51,484 nucleotides of DNA from Chloroflexota bacterium (GTDB lineage: Bacteria; Chloroflexota; Dormibacteria; Aeolococcales; Aeolococcaceae), in NCBI GenBank assembly GCA_034666465.1, contig JAXDLT010000134.1, forward strand, positions 1-51,484, read 5' to 3'. The position numbers and the translations under genes were made by a program. Below, piece by piece: positions 8,688 to 17,552 of this stretch. The notes under the pieces are model-generated. The model ran no database searches and was not told the DNA's origin. It saw nothing but the letters and a program-made list of their open reading frames with translations. Each line of letters begins with the position of its first letter. Positions within the stretch are counted from its first letter, which is position 1.

Positions 8688-10417
8688 GCCTGCTGTCCCT
8701 TCATCGAGCCGGCGGGCCTCCCCGGTCCGGCTCTGTGGTGGCGGCCGCGGAGCACGGACGCGAGTGCGGCGACCAGCGCCATCACCGTGGCCGCGGTGAA
8801 GACGACGACGAGCCCGTGGTGGAATGGGCCGGAGACCAGCTCCGGGAAGAAGCGCGTCCCGGTCAGGGTCCGGACATCGTGCGCGGGCAGTGTGGGCAGC
8901 ACGCCGCTGGGCCCGAGCAGGTGGCCGATCGGGTTGTCGCCGAGGAACGTCGCGAACAGCGTGCTCACCGGCGGCAGCGCCGCCACCTGGCCGGCCGTCT
9001 CCGCGGGCACCCCCTGTCCCTGCAGGCCGGCGGTCAGCGCGTGTGGCAGCGACGCGGCCAGGCCGGAGATCATCAGCGAGAACGACAGCCCGATCGACAG
9101 CGCCGTCCCCGAGTTCTGGAACGTCGCGCGCATGCCCGACGCCGCCCCGCGCTGCTCCGGCGGCACGCTGCCCATGATCGCGGAGGTGTTCGGGGCGGAG
9201 AACATTCCCTGCCCGACCCCGCTCAGCAGCAGCAGGGCCGCGAACTCGGGGTACGCGAAGTCCACCGGCAGCAGGAGCAGGCCGACGAAGGCGGCGGCCA
9301 CGAGGGCCAGCCCGGTGCTGGAGAACAGCCGCGCGCCGAAGCGGTCCGACAGGTACCCGGACAGCGGACCGGCGATGAGGAACCCGACGGTCAGCGGCAG
9401 CATGAGGATGCCGGCCCACAGCGGGGTGCGCTCGAAGTCGAACCCGTGCAGCGGCAGCCAGATGCCCTGCAGCCAGATGATCAGCATGAACTGCAGCCCG
9501 CCGCGGGCGATCGCGGTGAGCAGCACCGCCAGGTTCCCGGCGGCGAAGGCTCGGATGCGGAACAGCCCGAGCTGGAACATCGGCTCGGCGATCCGGGTCT
9601 CGGCGACGCAGAACACGACGAGCAGCAGCACCCCGGCGCCGAGCCCGCCCAGCACCCAGGGGCTGGTCCAGCCGGTCGAGTGGCCGCCGTAGGGCTGGAT
9701 GCCGTACGTGATGGCGGCGAGCACGGCACCGGCCCCCGTGGTGAAGGTGACGTTGCCGATCCAGTCGATGCGCCCCGGGTTGCGGGAACCGGTCTCGCGC
9801 AGGCTGCGGTAGGACCAGATGGTGCCGATCACCCCGATCGGGACGCTGACCCAGAACACCGCGCGCCAGTGGATGGTGGCGAGCAGACCACCGGCGAGGA
9901 GCCCGAGGAACATGCCCGCCAGCCCGGTGATCTGGTTGATTCCCAGGGCCATCCCGCGCTGCCGGGCCGGGAAGGCATCGGTCAGGATCGCCGTCGAGTT
10001 CGCTGTCAGCATGGACCCGCCGACCGCCTGCACGACGCGGAAGCCGATCAGCCACAGCGCGCCGCCTCCGCCCTGCAGCGGGTCGAGCGAGAGGGCCACC
10101 GAGGCGCACGCGAAGATGGCGAAGCCCATGTTGTACATCCGCACCCGGCCGAACATGTCGCCGAGACGGCCGAGCGCGACCACGAGGACCGCGGAGACCA
10201 GCATGTAGCCCAGGATCATCCAGAGCAGGTAGCCGATGTTGCCGGGGGCGAGCGGGTCCAGGCCGATACCGCGGAAGATCGCGGGCAGGGAGATGATGAC
10301 GATGGAGCTGTCGACGGTCGCGATCAGCACACCCAGGGTCGTGTTGGACAGCACCACCCACTTGTAGCGCCCGCCCTCGTCGCGCTCTCCCACGCCGGCC
10401 TCGCGCCCGACCCTCAC
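8663..10417 (-). CDS. MFS transporter (DHA2-like)
   Basis: DSSIVIISLP, GRLGDMFGR, multiple TM segments; overlaps both neighbours in an operon. Confidence 0.94.
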   Translation of the reverse strand: MRVGREAGVGERDEGGRYKWVVLSNTTLGVLIATVDSSIVIISLPAIFRGIGLDPLAPGNIGYLLWMILGYMLVSAVLVVALGRLGDMFGRVRMYNMGFAIFACASVALSLDPLQGGGGALWLIGFRVVQAVGGSMLTANSTAILTDAFPARQRGMALGINQITGLAGMFLGLLAGGLLATIHWRAVFWVSVPIGVIGTIWSYRSLRETGSRNPGRIDWIGNVTFTTGAGAVLAAITYGIQPYGGHSTGWTSPWVLGGLGAGVLLLVVFCVAETRIAEPMFQLGLFRIRAFAAGNLAVLLTAIARGGLQFMLIIWLQGIWLPLHGFDFERTPLWAGILMLPLTVGFLIAGPLSGYLSDRFGARLFSSTGLALVAAAFVGLLLLPVDFAYPEFAALLLLSGVGQGMFSAPNTSAIMGSVPPEQRGAASGMRATFQNSGTALSIGLSFSLMISGLAASLPHALTAGLQGQGVPAETAGQVAALPPVSTLFATFLGDNPIGHLLGPSGVLPTLPAHDVRTLTGTRFFPELVSGPFHHGLVVVFTAATVMALVAALASVLRGRHHRAGPGRPAGSMKGQQAWRKAPSS

Positions 10418-10863
10418 AGACGCTCCGCGAGGCGGTCGAGCAGCGGCAGCACCGCCAGCACCTTCCGCCGCTCGCCCGCAGTGAACTCCTCCTCGAGGAC
10501 GGTGGTCAGGCGCCGCACCGATTCGGAGCGCCGATCGGCCAGCACCGTGCGGCCGGCGTCCGTCACCCTCATCAGCACGCGGCGGCCGTCGGAGGCGTCC
10601 TGCCGGCGGCGCACCAGGCCGCGCTCCTCCAGCGTGGCCAGGGTCGACGCCATCGCCTGCGGGCGCACCCGCTCCAGCTCGGCGAGCGCCCCCGGGGAAT
10701 CCGCCCCGTCACGATTCAGCCGGGCCAGCACGGACACCTCGGAGAGGGTGACGTCGCCCACCGAGTGCGCCTGCCGCACCCTCCGGGCGATGCGGCCCAC
10801 GGCGAGCACCAGCGCCGCCGCAAGCTCGGCCGCGTCGTCGCCGGGCGGTCTGATCTCCTGCAT
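10414..10863 (-). CDS. MarR family regulator
   Basis: LAELERVRPQAMASTLATLEERGLVRR..D..DGRR winged-helix motif. Confidence 0.94.
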   Translation of the reverse strand: MQEIRPPGDDAAELAAALVLAVGRIARRVRQAHSVGDVTLSEVSVLARLNRDGADSPGALAELERVRPQAMASTLATLEERGLVRRRQDASDGRRVLMRVTDAGRTVLADRRSESVRRLTTVLEEEFTAGERRKVLAVLPLLDRLAERL

Positions 10864-10899
10864 GTAGTTATTGTACAGTAATCAGCCTGATGTAACTAC
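10864..10899 (-). promoter_or_regulatory. Leaderless promoter and inverted repeats (probable MarR operator)
   Basis: -10 TACAAT (minus strand, 10875-10870) lies 6 nt from the ATG; inverted repeat GTAGTTA/TAACTAC (10864-10870, 10893-10899) and palindrome ATCAG-C-CTGAT (10881-10891). Confidence 0.65.
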
Positions 10900-10978
10900 T
10901 CCGCGCTGAGATGGGCTGACCGGGGCCGAGCACGACAACCCTGCAGTACCCGCCCACCATCGCTCCGGCGACGGACGG

Positions 10979-11359
10979 CTACACGGACCCCAGCCGCTGT
11001 CGCATCGCCTCGGCCATCGCGATCAGCCCGGTCATCGGCCGCAGCATCACGGTGAGCTCGGACACCAGCGCCTCGCCGTCGAGCCGGAGGATGACGACGC
11101 CCTGCACCCTGCGGTCGGCGACCCGCGCCTCGAACACCAGCACCTGGTGGTCGTCGTCGACCACGAGGTCGGTGGAGCGCAGGCCGTGGAGGACCTCCAG
11201 GGCGGCGGCCAGCACGGTGACGACGGCCTCGCGGCCGCGGTAGGGGGCGAAGACGACCGGGCTGTTGAAGACGGCGCCGGCACTGAGGGAGCTGCGGATC
11301 GCCTCGGCGTCACCCGACTCCACCGCGCTCTGGAAGCTGCTGGGCGCGATGGGGGTCAT
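10979..11359 (-). CDS. SnoaL-like/NTF2-fold protein
   Basis: F..AVESGD, VFNSPVVFAPYRGR, LTVMLRP, typical of actinobacterial SnoaL-like proteins. Confidence 0.88.
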   Translation of the reverse strand: MTPIAPSSFQSAVESGDAEAIRSSLSAGAVFNSPVVFAPYRGREAVVTVLAAALEVLHGLRSTDLVVDDDHQVLVFEARVADRRVQGVVILRLDGEALVSELTVMLRPMTGLIAMAEAMRQRLGSV

Positions 11360-11371
11360 GGGTCACCCACC

Positions 11372-13888
11372 TCATCCGCAGCTGAGCGGGATGGTGGACA
11401 CCAGCCGGTGGCCTCTCGCGAAGGCGTCGACGGACGCGACGGCCGGGACGGCGTCCCCCTGCGGCGCCGGGTCGGAGCTCGAGGGCAGTGCCTGGAACTG
11501 CAGCGGCGTGCGCGGCGTGCCGCCCTCGGTCGACCACGGCTCGCGGACGTTGGCCCGGGAGCGGGACAGGCGCTCGAGCAGGCCGTTCCGAGCCTCCGCC
11601 GGGGCGTCCACGGTGGCCGCGCGCACCGCCTCGATGCCCACCCTCTTCACGTAGTGGTAGGTCCGCTCCAGGTAGCGCGCCTCCTCCCGGTAGTGCTGGA
11701 GGAAGAGCGCGGTGTGCAGCAGCGCCTCCTCGGCCGTCTCCACCGTGGAGAGAAGGTCACCCTTGCGCACCGACATGCCCGCGGCACCGCCGACGTAGAT
11801 CTCCCACCCGGTGGCGATCGCCATGATGCCGATGTCCTTGACGGTGACCTCGGCGCAGTTGCGGGGGCAGCCGGTGACGCCGCTCTTCACCTTGTGGGGC
11901 GTGTAGAGCCCCCAGAGGAACTGCTCGAACGCGATGCCGAGGGCGGTGGAGTCGCCGACCCCGAAACGGCAGAAGTCGCTGCCCACGCACGTCTTGACGG
12001 TGCGGATCGCCTTGGCGTAGGCGTGCCCGGAGACGATGCCGAGGTCGCGCCAGACGGCGGGCAGATCCTCCTTGCGCACGCCGAGGAGATCGAGTCGCTG
12101 GCCCCCGGTCACCTTGACCATGGGCACCGCGTAGCGGTCGGCGACGTCAGCGATGCGGCGCAGCTCCGATGGGGTGGTGACGCCGCCGAACATGCGCGGC
12201 ACCACCGAGAAGGTGCCGTCGCGCTGGATGTTGGCGTGCACCCGATCGTTGATGAAGCGCGCGCTGCGGTCCTCCTCGTAGTCACCGCACCACCAGACGT
12301 CGAGGTAGTACGCCAGCGCGGGCTTGCACCTGGCGCAGCCGGACCCGTTGCCCAGCGCCTCGAGCACCGCCTGGACGGAGCGCAGCCCGCGCTCCAGCAC
12401 CGCCGCGCGCAGCGCCGGCCGGTCCAGGGGCAGACATACGCACACGTCGGGCTCGGCCGTGCTCTCCCCGTCGGTCGCGAGGCCGCTGTCGGCGAGCAGG
12501 GCGTCGACCAGGCCGCTGCAGGAGCCGCAGGATCCCGACGCCCGGGTGCGCTTCGCCACGTCGACACGGGTGGAGCAGCCGCGCTCGCGGATGGCGGTGA
12601 CGATGGTGGCCTTGGTCACCCCGTTGCAGCCACAGACCACCGCCTCGTCGGCGAGGCCCGCGGCCACGCTCTGAGGAGCCTCGCCGGTCGGCGCGGCCAC
12701 CAGGTTGAGGCGGTTGCCGTTGACCGCTCCCCCCGCCGCCAGCAGCGCGGTGATCAGGGGCGCGGTGGCGACGTCGCCGACGAGGATGGCTCCGCGCAGC
12801 AGCCCGTCGCGGATGAGGACGCGCTTGTACACGCCCGCACCGGTGTCCTCGAGGGTGAGCTTCTCGTCCATCTCGTCGGACTCGACCGCCCCGGCGCTGA
12901 AGACGTGGACGCCGGCAACCTTGAGGGTGGTCGCGGGCACGCCGCCCTCGAATCTGACGGCCCCGTCGCCGCGCAGGTGGGCGGCGAGGGCGCGTCCCTG
13001 GACCTTGAGCGGCGCCACGACCCCGTAGACCAGCCCGCGGTGCTCGGAGCACTCACCGATCGCGAACACGTGCGGGTCGCTGCTGCGCAGCTGGTCGTCG
13101 ACGACCACGCCGCGCTGCACGGTGAGACCGCACTTCCGCGCGAGGGCGGTCGACGGCTGGATGCCGCAGGCGACGACCACGAGGTCGGCGTCGAGCATGC
13201 GGCCGTCGCGCAGCGCGATCGCCTCGACCCGTCCGTTGCCGAGGAAGGAGGCGGCCTCCGTCGGCATCACCATGTACATGCCCATCTGCTCGAGCTTGCC
13301 GCGGAGCACCAGGGCACCGATGCCGTCGAGCTGCCGGTTCATGAGGCGGTTCTTGTGGTGGATGACGGTCACGGCGACGCCGCGCAGCCGCAGCCCGTAG
13401 GCGGCCTCGAGGCCCAGGAGACCGCCGCCGATGACCACGGCACGGCTCGACCGCCCGGCGCCGTCGATGATGTCGTCCACGTCCTCCAGGGTGCGGAAGG
13501 TGTGGATGCCGCCGCGGTGGCGGCCCTCGATCGGAGGGACGAGCGGGTCCGAGCCCGTGGCCAGGACGCAGACGTCGTAGGCGGTCGCGCCCCCCGCGGC
13601 GTCGTGGACGATGCGCCGCTCGCGGTCGATGGCGGTGACCTCGCAGCCGGTGCGCAGGGTCACTCCGCGGTCGCGGTACCAGGCGTCGTCGAGAAGGGAC
13701 AGCGACGAGGCGTCGGACTGACCGGCGAGCACTCCGCTCAGCTTGATGCGATCGTAGGCGGGGTGAGGCTCGGCCCCGAAGACCGTGATCTCGAAGCGCT
13801 CCTCGGCGCCGGCGACCAGGTCCTCCAGGAAGGCGGCCGCGATCATGCCGTTGCCGACGACGACGACGCGGCGTCGCGATTCGCGCAT
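11372..13888 (-). CDS. nirB: NAD(P)H-dependent nitrite reductase large subunit
   Basis: VVVGNGM FAD site, GGGLLGLEAA, two BFD-like [2Fe-2S] Cys clusters (CGCNGV..CGSC; CVC..CARC), KTCVGSDFC and GCPRNC siroheme/[4Fe-4S] ligands. Confidence 0.96.
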   Translation of the reverse strand: MRESRRRVVVVGNGMIAAAFLEDLVAGAEERFEITVFGAEPHPAYDRIKLSGVLAGQSDASSLSLLDDAWYRDRGVTLRTGCEVTAIDRERRIVHDAAGGATAYDVCVLATGSDPLVPPIEGRHRGGIHTFRTLEDVDDIIDGAGRSSRAVVIGGGLLGLEAAYGLRLRGVAVTVIHHKNRLMNRQLDGIGALVLRGKLEQMGMYMVMPTEAASFLGNGRVEAIALRDGRMLDADLVVVACGIQPSTALARKCGLTVQRGVVVDDQLRSSDPHVFAIGECSEHRGLVYGVVAPLKVQGRALAAHLRGDGAVRFEGGVPATTLKVAGVHVFSAGAVESDEMDEKLTLEDTGAGVYKRVLIRDGLLRGAILVGDVATAPLITALLAAGGAVNGNRLNLVAAPTGEAPQSVAAGLADEAVVCGCNGVTKATIVTAIRERGCSTRVDVAKRTRASGSCGSCSGLVDALLADSGLATDGESTAEPDVCVCLPLDRPALRAAVLERGLRSVQAVLEALGNGSGCARCKPALAYYLDVWWCGDYEEDRSARFINDRVHANIQRDGTFSVVPRMFGGVTTPSELRRIADVADRYAVPMVKVTGGQRLDLLGVRKEDLPAVWRDLGIVSGHAYAKAIRTVKTCVGSDFCRFGVGDSTALGIAFEQFLWGLYTPHKVKSGVTGCPRNCAEVTVKDIGIMAIATGWEIYVGGAAGMSVRKGDLLSTVETAEEALLHTALFLQHYREEARYLERTYHYVKRVGIEAVRAATVDAPAEARNGLLERLSRSRANVREPWSTEGGTPRTPLQFQALPSSSDPAPQGDAVPAVASVDAFARGHRLVSTIPLSCG

Positions 13889-14026
13889 GCCTCACCGCCT
13901 CTTTCCCGGTTCGGGCCGATGATCCCCAGGGTAGATGCGCAAACCGTGTCCGTCATCGGACGCTCGACCAAGCATCCGCCGGCATCGGCCGCACGAGGAG
14001 CCAGATCGGCTGTCCCCCGAGGCGAG

Positions 14027-14356
14027 ATGCACCAACCTGTCCGGTCCCGTCTTGGGCAGGTGGACCCGAGACCGGCTCAGCCCCGAGGACTACTGCGCGG
14101 GCTCGCGAGGAAGGCGAAGCCGGTCGTGCCCGCCGCCACTCGCCGCCCATCTCGGGCGGTGGTGTCGACGGCTCCCGCGCCCAGTCGCGACGTGATCCGT
14201 CCGAACCTCGACGACACCCTGCGCGTCCGGAGCGGTCACACGGGCGTGGTGATCTCTCGGGGGGATGGGGGAGCACACATTCGGCTCGAGGCCGGTGGCA
14301 ATCTTCCGGTGCTCTGGGGGAGAGGGTGTGGCGAGGACAGGAGAGCGGGGTGTTGA
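14027..14356 (+). CDS. Possible hypothetical protein or remnant
   Basis: ATG at 14027; the C-terminal half (DTLRVRSGHTGVVISRGDGGAHIRLEAGG) looks like a beta-rich domain; no family recognised. Confidence 0.25.
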   Translation: MHQPVRSRLGQVDPRPAQPRGLLRGLARKAKPVVPAATRRPSRAVVSTAPAPSRDVIRPNLDDTLRVRSGHTGVVISRGDGGAHIRLEAGGNLPVLWGRGCGEDRRAGC

Positions 14357-14536
14357 GCCGGGGCAACGGCAGCGGCGGCAATCGTCCTTCCCCCTGAGGC
14401 CCTGCTGGCCCGGTCCATGATTGTGACCGCGGACACATCGCAGTCCACCGTGACCTTTGGCAGGAGGGGGGATCGGCAAAGGGAAGCCGTGTGCACGCTG
14501 AGGGTTCCCAACCTCTATCGGAACTGTTAGGATCTG

Positions 14537-14609
14537 CGTCCCACGGCGACTGCGAAGCTCAGACTCGATCGCAACGCCCCCTGACGGGCCATTCCGGCGC
14601 CGTGGGACG
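14537..14609 (+). ncRNA. Candidate structured RNA or 5' leader (three-way junction)
   Basis: Perfect 12-bp stem CGTCCCACGGCG/CGCCGTGGGACG enclosing two hairpins (TGCGA/TCGCA; GCCC/GGGC), just after an extended -10 TGtTAGGAT (14525-14533). Confidence 0.45.
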
Positions 14610-14699
14610 TCTGGCCACCCCTCGCAGGCTTGGTAGCGGCGGTCCTCTCGGCCTCAGGAGCACCGAGCGTGTTCGGGGGTCGGCAAAGGAGTTCTGAGC

Positions 14700-15083
14700 A
14701 TGCAATCCACGACCAACTCCGGCACGCCCGCGGGTCTGGCCCGGGGTGGCTCGTCCTGGAACAGAACGCTGACGACCATTGTCCAGAGCGTGGAGCGAGG
14801 CGGGGTGTCGTGGCTGCGCCTCGCTCCCTGTGCCCGCTGCAGCGGTCGCCACCGCCTGCTCGCCGAGTCCGACGGCGTCCTCCTGGGTCACTGCCTCGGC
14901 TGCGGCGCGCCGCTGGACAACCCACTCGCCACCGAGCGGATCGCACCGCCGGCCCCGGACAGTACCCGGATGGCCCGTCTCCCGCTCCGTGCCCGCGAGG
15001 ATCATGCGCGGCTCCGGGTTCCACCCGCCGCACCCGTCGTCCCCCAGCCGGCCGGCTCCGGCAGATCGGTCGGACGGTGGTAG
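14700..15083 (+). CDS. Hypothetical zinc-ribbon protein
   Basis: RBS AAGGAG; two CxxC pairs (CARC, CLGC). Confidence 0.6.
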   Translation: MQSTTNSGTPAGLARGGSSWNRTLTTIVQSVERGGVSWLRLAPCARCSGRHRLLAESDGVLLGHCLGCGAPLDNPLATERIAPPAPDSTRMARLPLRAREDHARLRVPPAAPVVPQPAGSGRSVGRW

Positions 15084-15088
15084 ACGAG

Positions 15089-15313
15089 GTGCAACAGACG
15101 TACATCGTCCAGGTGCGGCCCCACGACGACGGTCACGTCCTCACCGTGGTCAGCCTGCCCGGATGCGTCATCCGGGGTCGGTCCGTCGAGGACTGTCTGG
15201 CGCGTGCGCCCGAGGCGATCGCCCTGCATGTCGCCTCGATGAGCTTGGAGGGTTCCGCGCTCGAGACGCCGGAGCCGCCTCGCCTGCTGCGAGTCATGGT
15301 CCCCGAGGCGTGA
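15089..15313 (+). CDS. hicB: HicB-like antitoxin (short form, no DNA-binding domain)
   Basis: YIVQVRPHDDGHVLTVVSLPGCVIRGRSVEDCLARAPEAIALHV matches the HicB/UPF0150 pattern. Confidence 0.8.
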   Translation: MQQTYIVQVRPHDDGHVLTVVSLPGCVIRGRSVEDCLARAPEAIALHVASMSLEGSALETPEPPRLLRVMVPEA

Positions 15314-15378
15314 GGGAGCCGCGACATCGGCAGGGGCGGGTGTGGACGGCGTGGCGGGGCCGGCGCACCGTCGGCGGG

Positions 15379-15534
15379 GTGACGGAGGCCGCGCCACACG
15401 CCCCCAACCGAGCCTCCCCCTGCCTCGGCGGGTACACCCTGACCGAGTTCGATGCCGCTGTGGCCCGGCTGCGCCAATCGAGAAGCGGCTCCGCAGCGCG
15501 CGTCGCCGAAACCCCTCCGGAGGACACGTCGTGA
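15379..15534 (+). CDS. Small hypothetical protein (51 aa)
   Basis: GTG start; stop overlaps the next GTG (GTGA). Confidence 0.3.
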   Translation: MTEAAPHAPNRASPCLGGYTLTEFDAAVARLRQSRSGSAARVAETPPEDTS

Positions 15535-15815
15535 CCGCTTCCGTCAGGCTGCCCCATACCGACCGGTTGATGTCTCGAGCGCGCGCCATTGTGCCCACCG
15601 CCGACATCGACCTCGCGGTCGAGCATCTCGCCTCGCAGATCGGCGGGGAGCATGGCGTTCAGCTCGATACGCTGGAGGCGATCTGTCGTGCAGTCGTCCG
15701 CCTCGCCCGCACGCGGCGTCGCGAGGTACCGTTCGAAGACGAGCGCCCAGTGCCGGTCGTGGGGTCGTGGTCGCTCGACAATGCCATACCGCATGTCATC
15801 CCCGGAGAGGACTGA
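15531..15815 (+). CDS. Hypothetical protein (94 aa)
   Basis: RBS GGAGGA upstream of GTG 15531; protein-like helical composition. Confidence 0.5.
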   Translation: MTASVRLPHTDRLMSRARAIVPTADIDLAVEHLASQIGGEHGVQLDTLEAICRAVVRLARTRRREVPFEDERPVPVVGSWSLDNAIPHVIPGED

Positions 15816-15984
15816 CGGACTCGCGACCGTGCAAGGCCGGACGTTCGGCCGGTCACCACCCGCTCGTCGATGACGAGGACGGAGGGCATCGGGTCGGAGC
15901 GAGCCGGTCATCCCGACGAGGCGGGACGGTGGGGAGTAGGGGAGTGACTCGACTCGCGCGCGGGTGAGATCGGCCGGCCGGGCT

Positions 15985-16004
15985 GGACCTCGGCGCCGAG
16001 GTCC
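15985..16004. repeat. Perfect 20-bp palindrome
   Basis: GGACCTCGGCGCCGAGGTCC is its own reverse complement; a second hairpin CCGGATCGG-CA-CCGATCCGG lies at 16133-16152. Confidence 0.7.
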
Positions 16005-16292
16005 TGGACCGCCCGCTGCGCATCCTGAGCGGTGGAGAGACCGCGGACTCTCGCGGGTGGTGATGAACTTGCGGTGAACTGCGATTGGCGACCCCGACAA
16101 CGGCGGGGTAGGCTCTCGACGCTCTCTCGCAGCCGGATCGGCACCGATCCGGACCCATCGGGCGCTCGATGTCCAGGCGCCCACACTCATCCTTCGGGCG
16201 CACGCGGGTGTCGCCTGCGGTCTCCGTGCCGCGCTGCGTGAGCGAATGCCGGGCACCGAACCGCATCGGCCTTGCACCACGAGGAGGACGTG

Positions 16293-17552
16293 ATGGGGCG
16301 CGGGACGATCGTGGTCCTGGGAGCCGACGGCTACCTGGGCTGGCCGACCAGCCTTCATCTCTCGGCACAGGGCCATGACGTCGTCGCCGTCGACAGCCTG
16401 GTGCGCCGGCGCTGGGATCGGGAGTGCGGGACCAGCAGCCTGGTTCCCATCCGCTCGATGCCCCGCCGGGTCCTCCGCTGGAAGGAGGTGACCGGCCGGA
16501 CCATCCTCTGGCGACGGCTGGACCTCGCTGACGCCGAGCAGCTCTCCTCGCTGTTCGTCGACCACCGGCCGGACGCCATCATCCATCTCGCCGAGCAGCG
16601 CAGCGCTCCCTTCTCGATGATCGACCGCGAGCACGCGGTGCGCACCCAGGTGGGCAACCTGGTGGGAACGCTCAACCTCCTCTTCGCCCTGCAGCGCCAT
16701 GCGCCCGAGTGTCACCTCATCAAGCTGGGCACCATGGGCGAATACGGCACGCCGAATATCGATATCGAGGAGGGGTTCATCACCATCGTCCACAACGGGC
16801 GCAGCGATCGGCTGCCCTTCCCCAAGCAGCCGGGCAGCTTCTACCACCTGTCGAAGGTCCACGACAGCCACAACATCGACTTCGCCTGCCGCCTCTGGGG
16901 GCTGCGGGCCACCGACCTCAACCAGGGCGTGGTGTACGGGTGCGTCACCGAGGAACTCGCCGGACGTCCCGAGCAGGCGACGCGGTTCGACTACGACACC
17001 ATCTGGGGCACCGTGCTCAACCGCTTCTGCGTCCAGGCCGCCGTGGGCGAGCCGCTCACCGTGTACGGCAGGGGCGGGCAGACCCGCGGATTCCTCGACA
17101 TTCGCGACACCGTCGCCTGCCTGCGGCTCACCGTCGAGAATCCCGCCGCTGCAGGCGAGTACCGCGTCTTCAACCAGTTCACCGAGCAGTTCTCCGTCCT
17201 CGAGCTCGCCGAGCTGGTGCAGCGGACGCGGGCCGCACACGGGCTCACGACCACCATCCGGCATCTCCCCAACCCCCGCATGGAGCGGGAGGAGCATTAC
17301 TACAACGCCCGCCACCAGGCGCTCATCGACCTCGGGCTCGAGCCTCATCGACTCGAGTCCACGCTGGTGGAGTCCCTGGTCGAGCTGGTCGAGCGCCACC
17401 GCCGGCGGGTCGACCGCGACCTCCTCGAGCAGCCCAACGTCGACTGGCGCATGGGCGGCACGGTGCTCTGGGACCGGCGTGCGCGCGTTCCGCGCGACCG
17501 CCGCGCCGCACGGTCGGACGCCCTCGCCGCCTCGCGTCGTGTCCACGGCTGA
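16293..17552 (+). CDS. sqdB: UDP-sulfoquinovose synthase
   Basis: GADGYLGWPT, HLAEQRSAPFSM, KLGTMGEYGTPNIDIEEG, PKQPGSFYHLSKVHDSHNI, RATDLNQGVVYG, VFNQFTEQFSV, EEHYYNA. Confidence 0.95.
   Translation: MGRGTIVVLGADGYLGWPTSLHLSAQGHDVVAVDSLVRRRWDRECGTSSLVPIRSMPRRVLRWKEVTGRTILWRRLDLADAEQLSSLFVDHRPDAIIHLAEQRSAPFSMIDREHAVRTQVGNLVGTLNLLFALQRHAPECHLIKLGTMGEYGTPNIDIEEGFITIVHNGRSDRLPFPKQPGSFYHLSKVHDSHNIDFACRLWGLRATDLNQGVVYGCVTEELAGRPEQATRFDYDTIWGTVLNRFCVQAAVGEPLTVYGRGGQTRGFLDIRDTVACLRLTVENPAAAGEYRVFNQFTEQFSVLELAELVQRTRAAHGLTTTIRHLPNPRMEREEHYYNARHQALIDLGLEPHRLESTLVESLVELVERHRRRVDRDLLEQPNVDWRMGGTVLWDRRARVPRDRRAARSDALAASRRVHG

Noticed and set aside
11147-14026. Very long ORFs antisense to real genes (also 1120-3600, 8735-10867, 20895-24932, 30432-33698)
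   Set aside because: Shadow ORFs caused by GC-rich codon bias; no motifs, and fully overlapping well-supported genes on the other strand.
14537-14609. tRNA interpretation of the 73-nt structured element
   Set aside because: No TTC T-loop, D-loop or four-arm cloverleaf; kept only as an unknown structured RNA.
16699-17538. Apparent long N-terminal extensions or fusions in the ORF track (also on 8130-10361, 25867-28893, 37076-39223, 41151-44129, 45150-47267)
   Set aside because: These are stop-free frames running over upstream genes; coupled starts or an RBS mark the true starts downstream.
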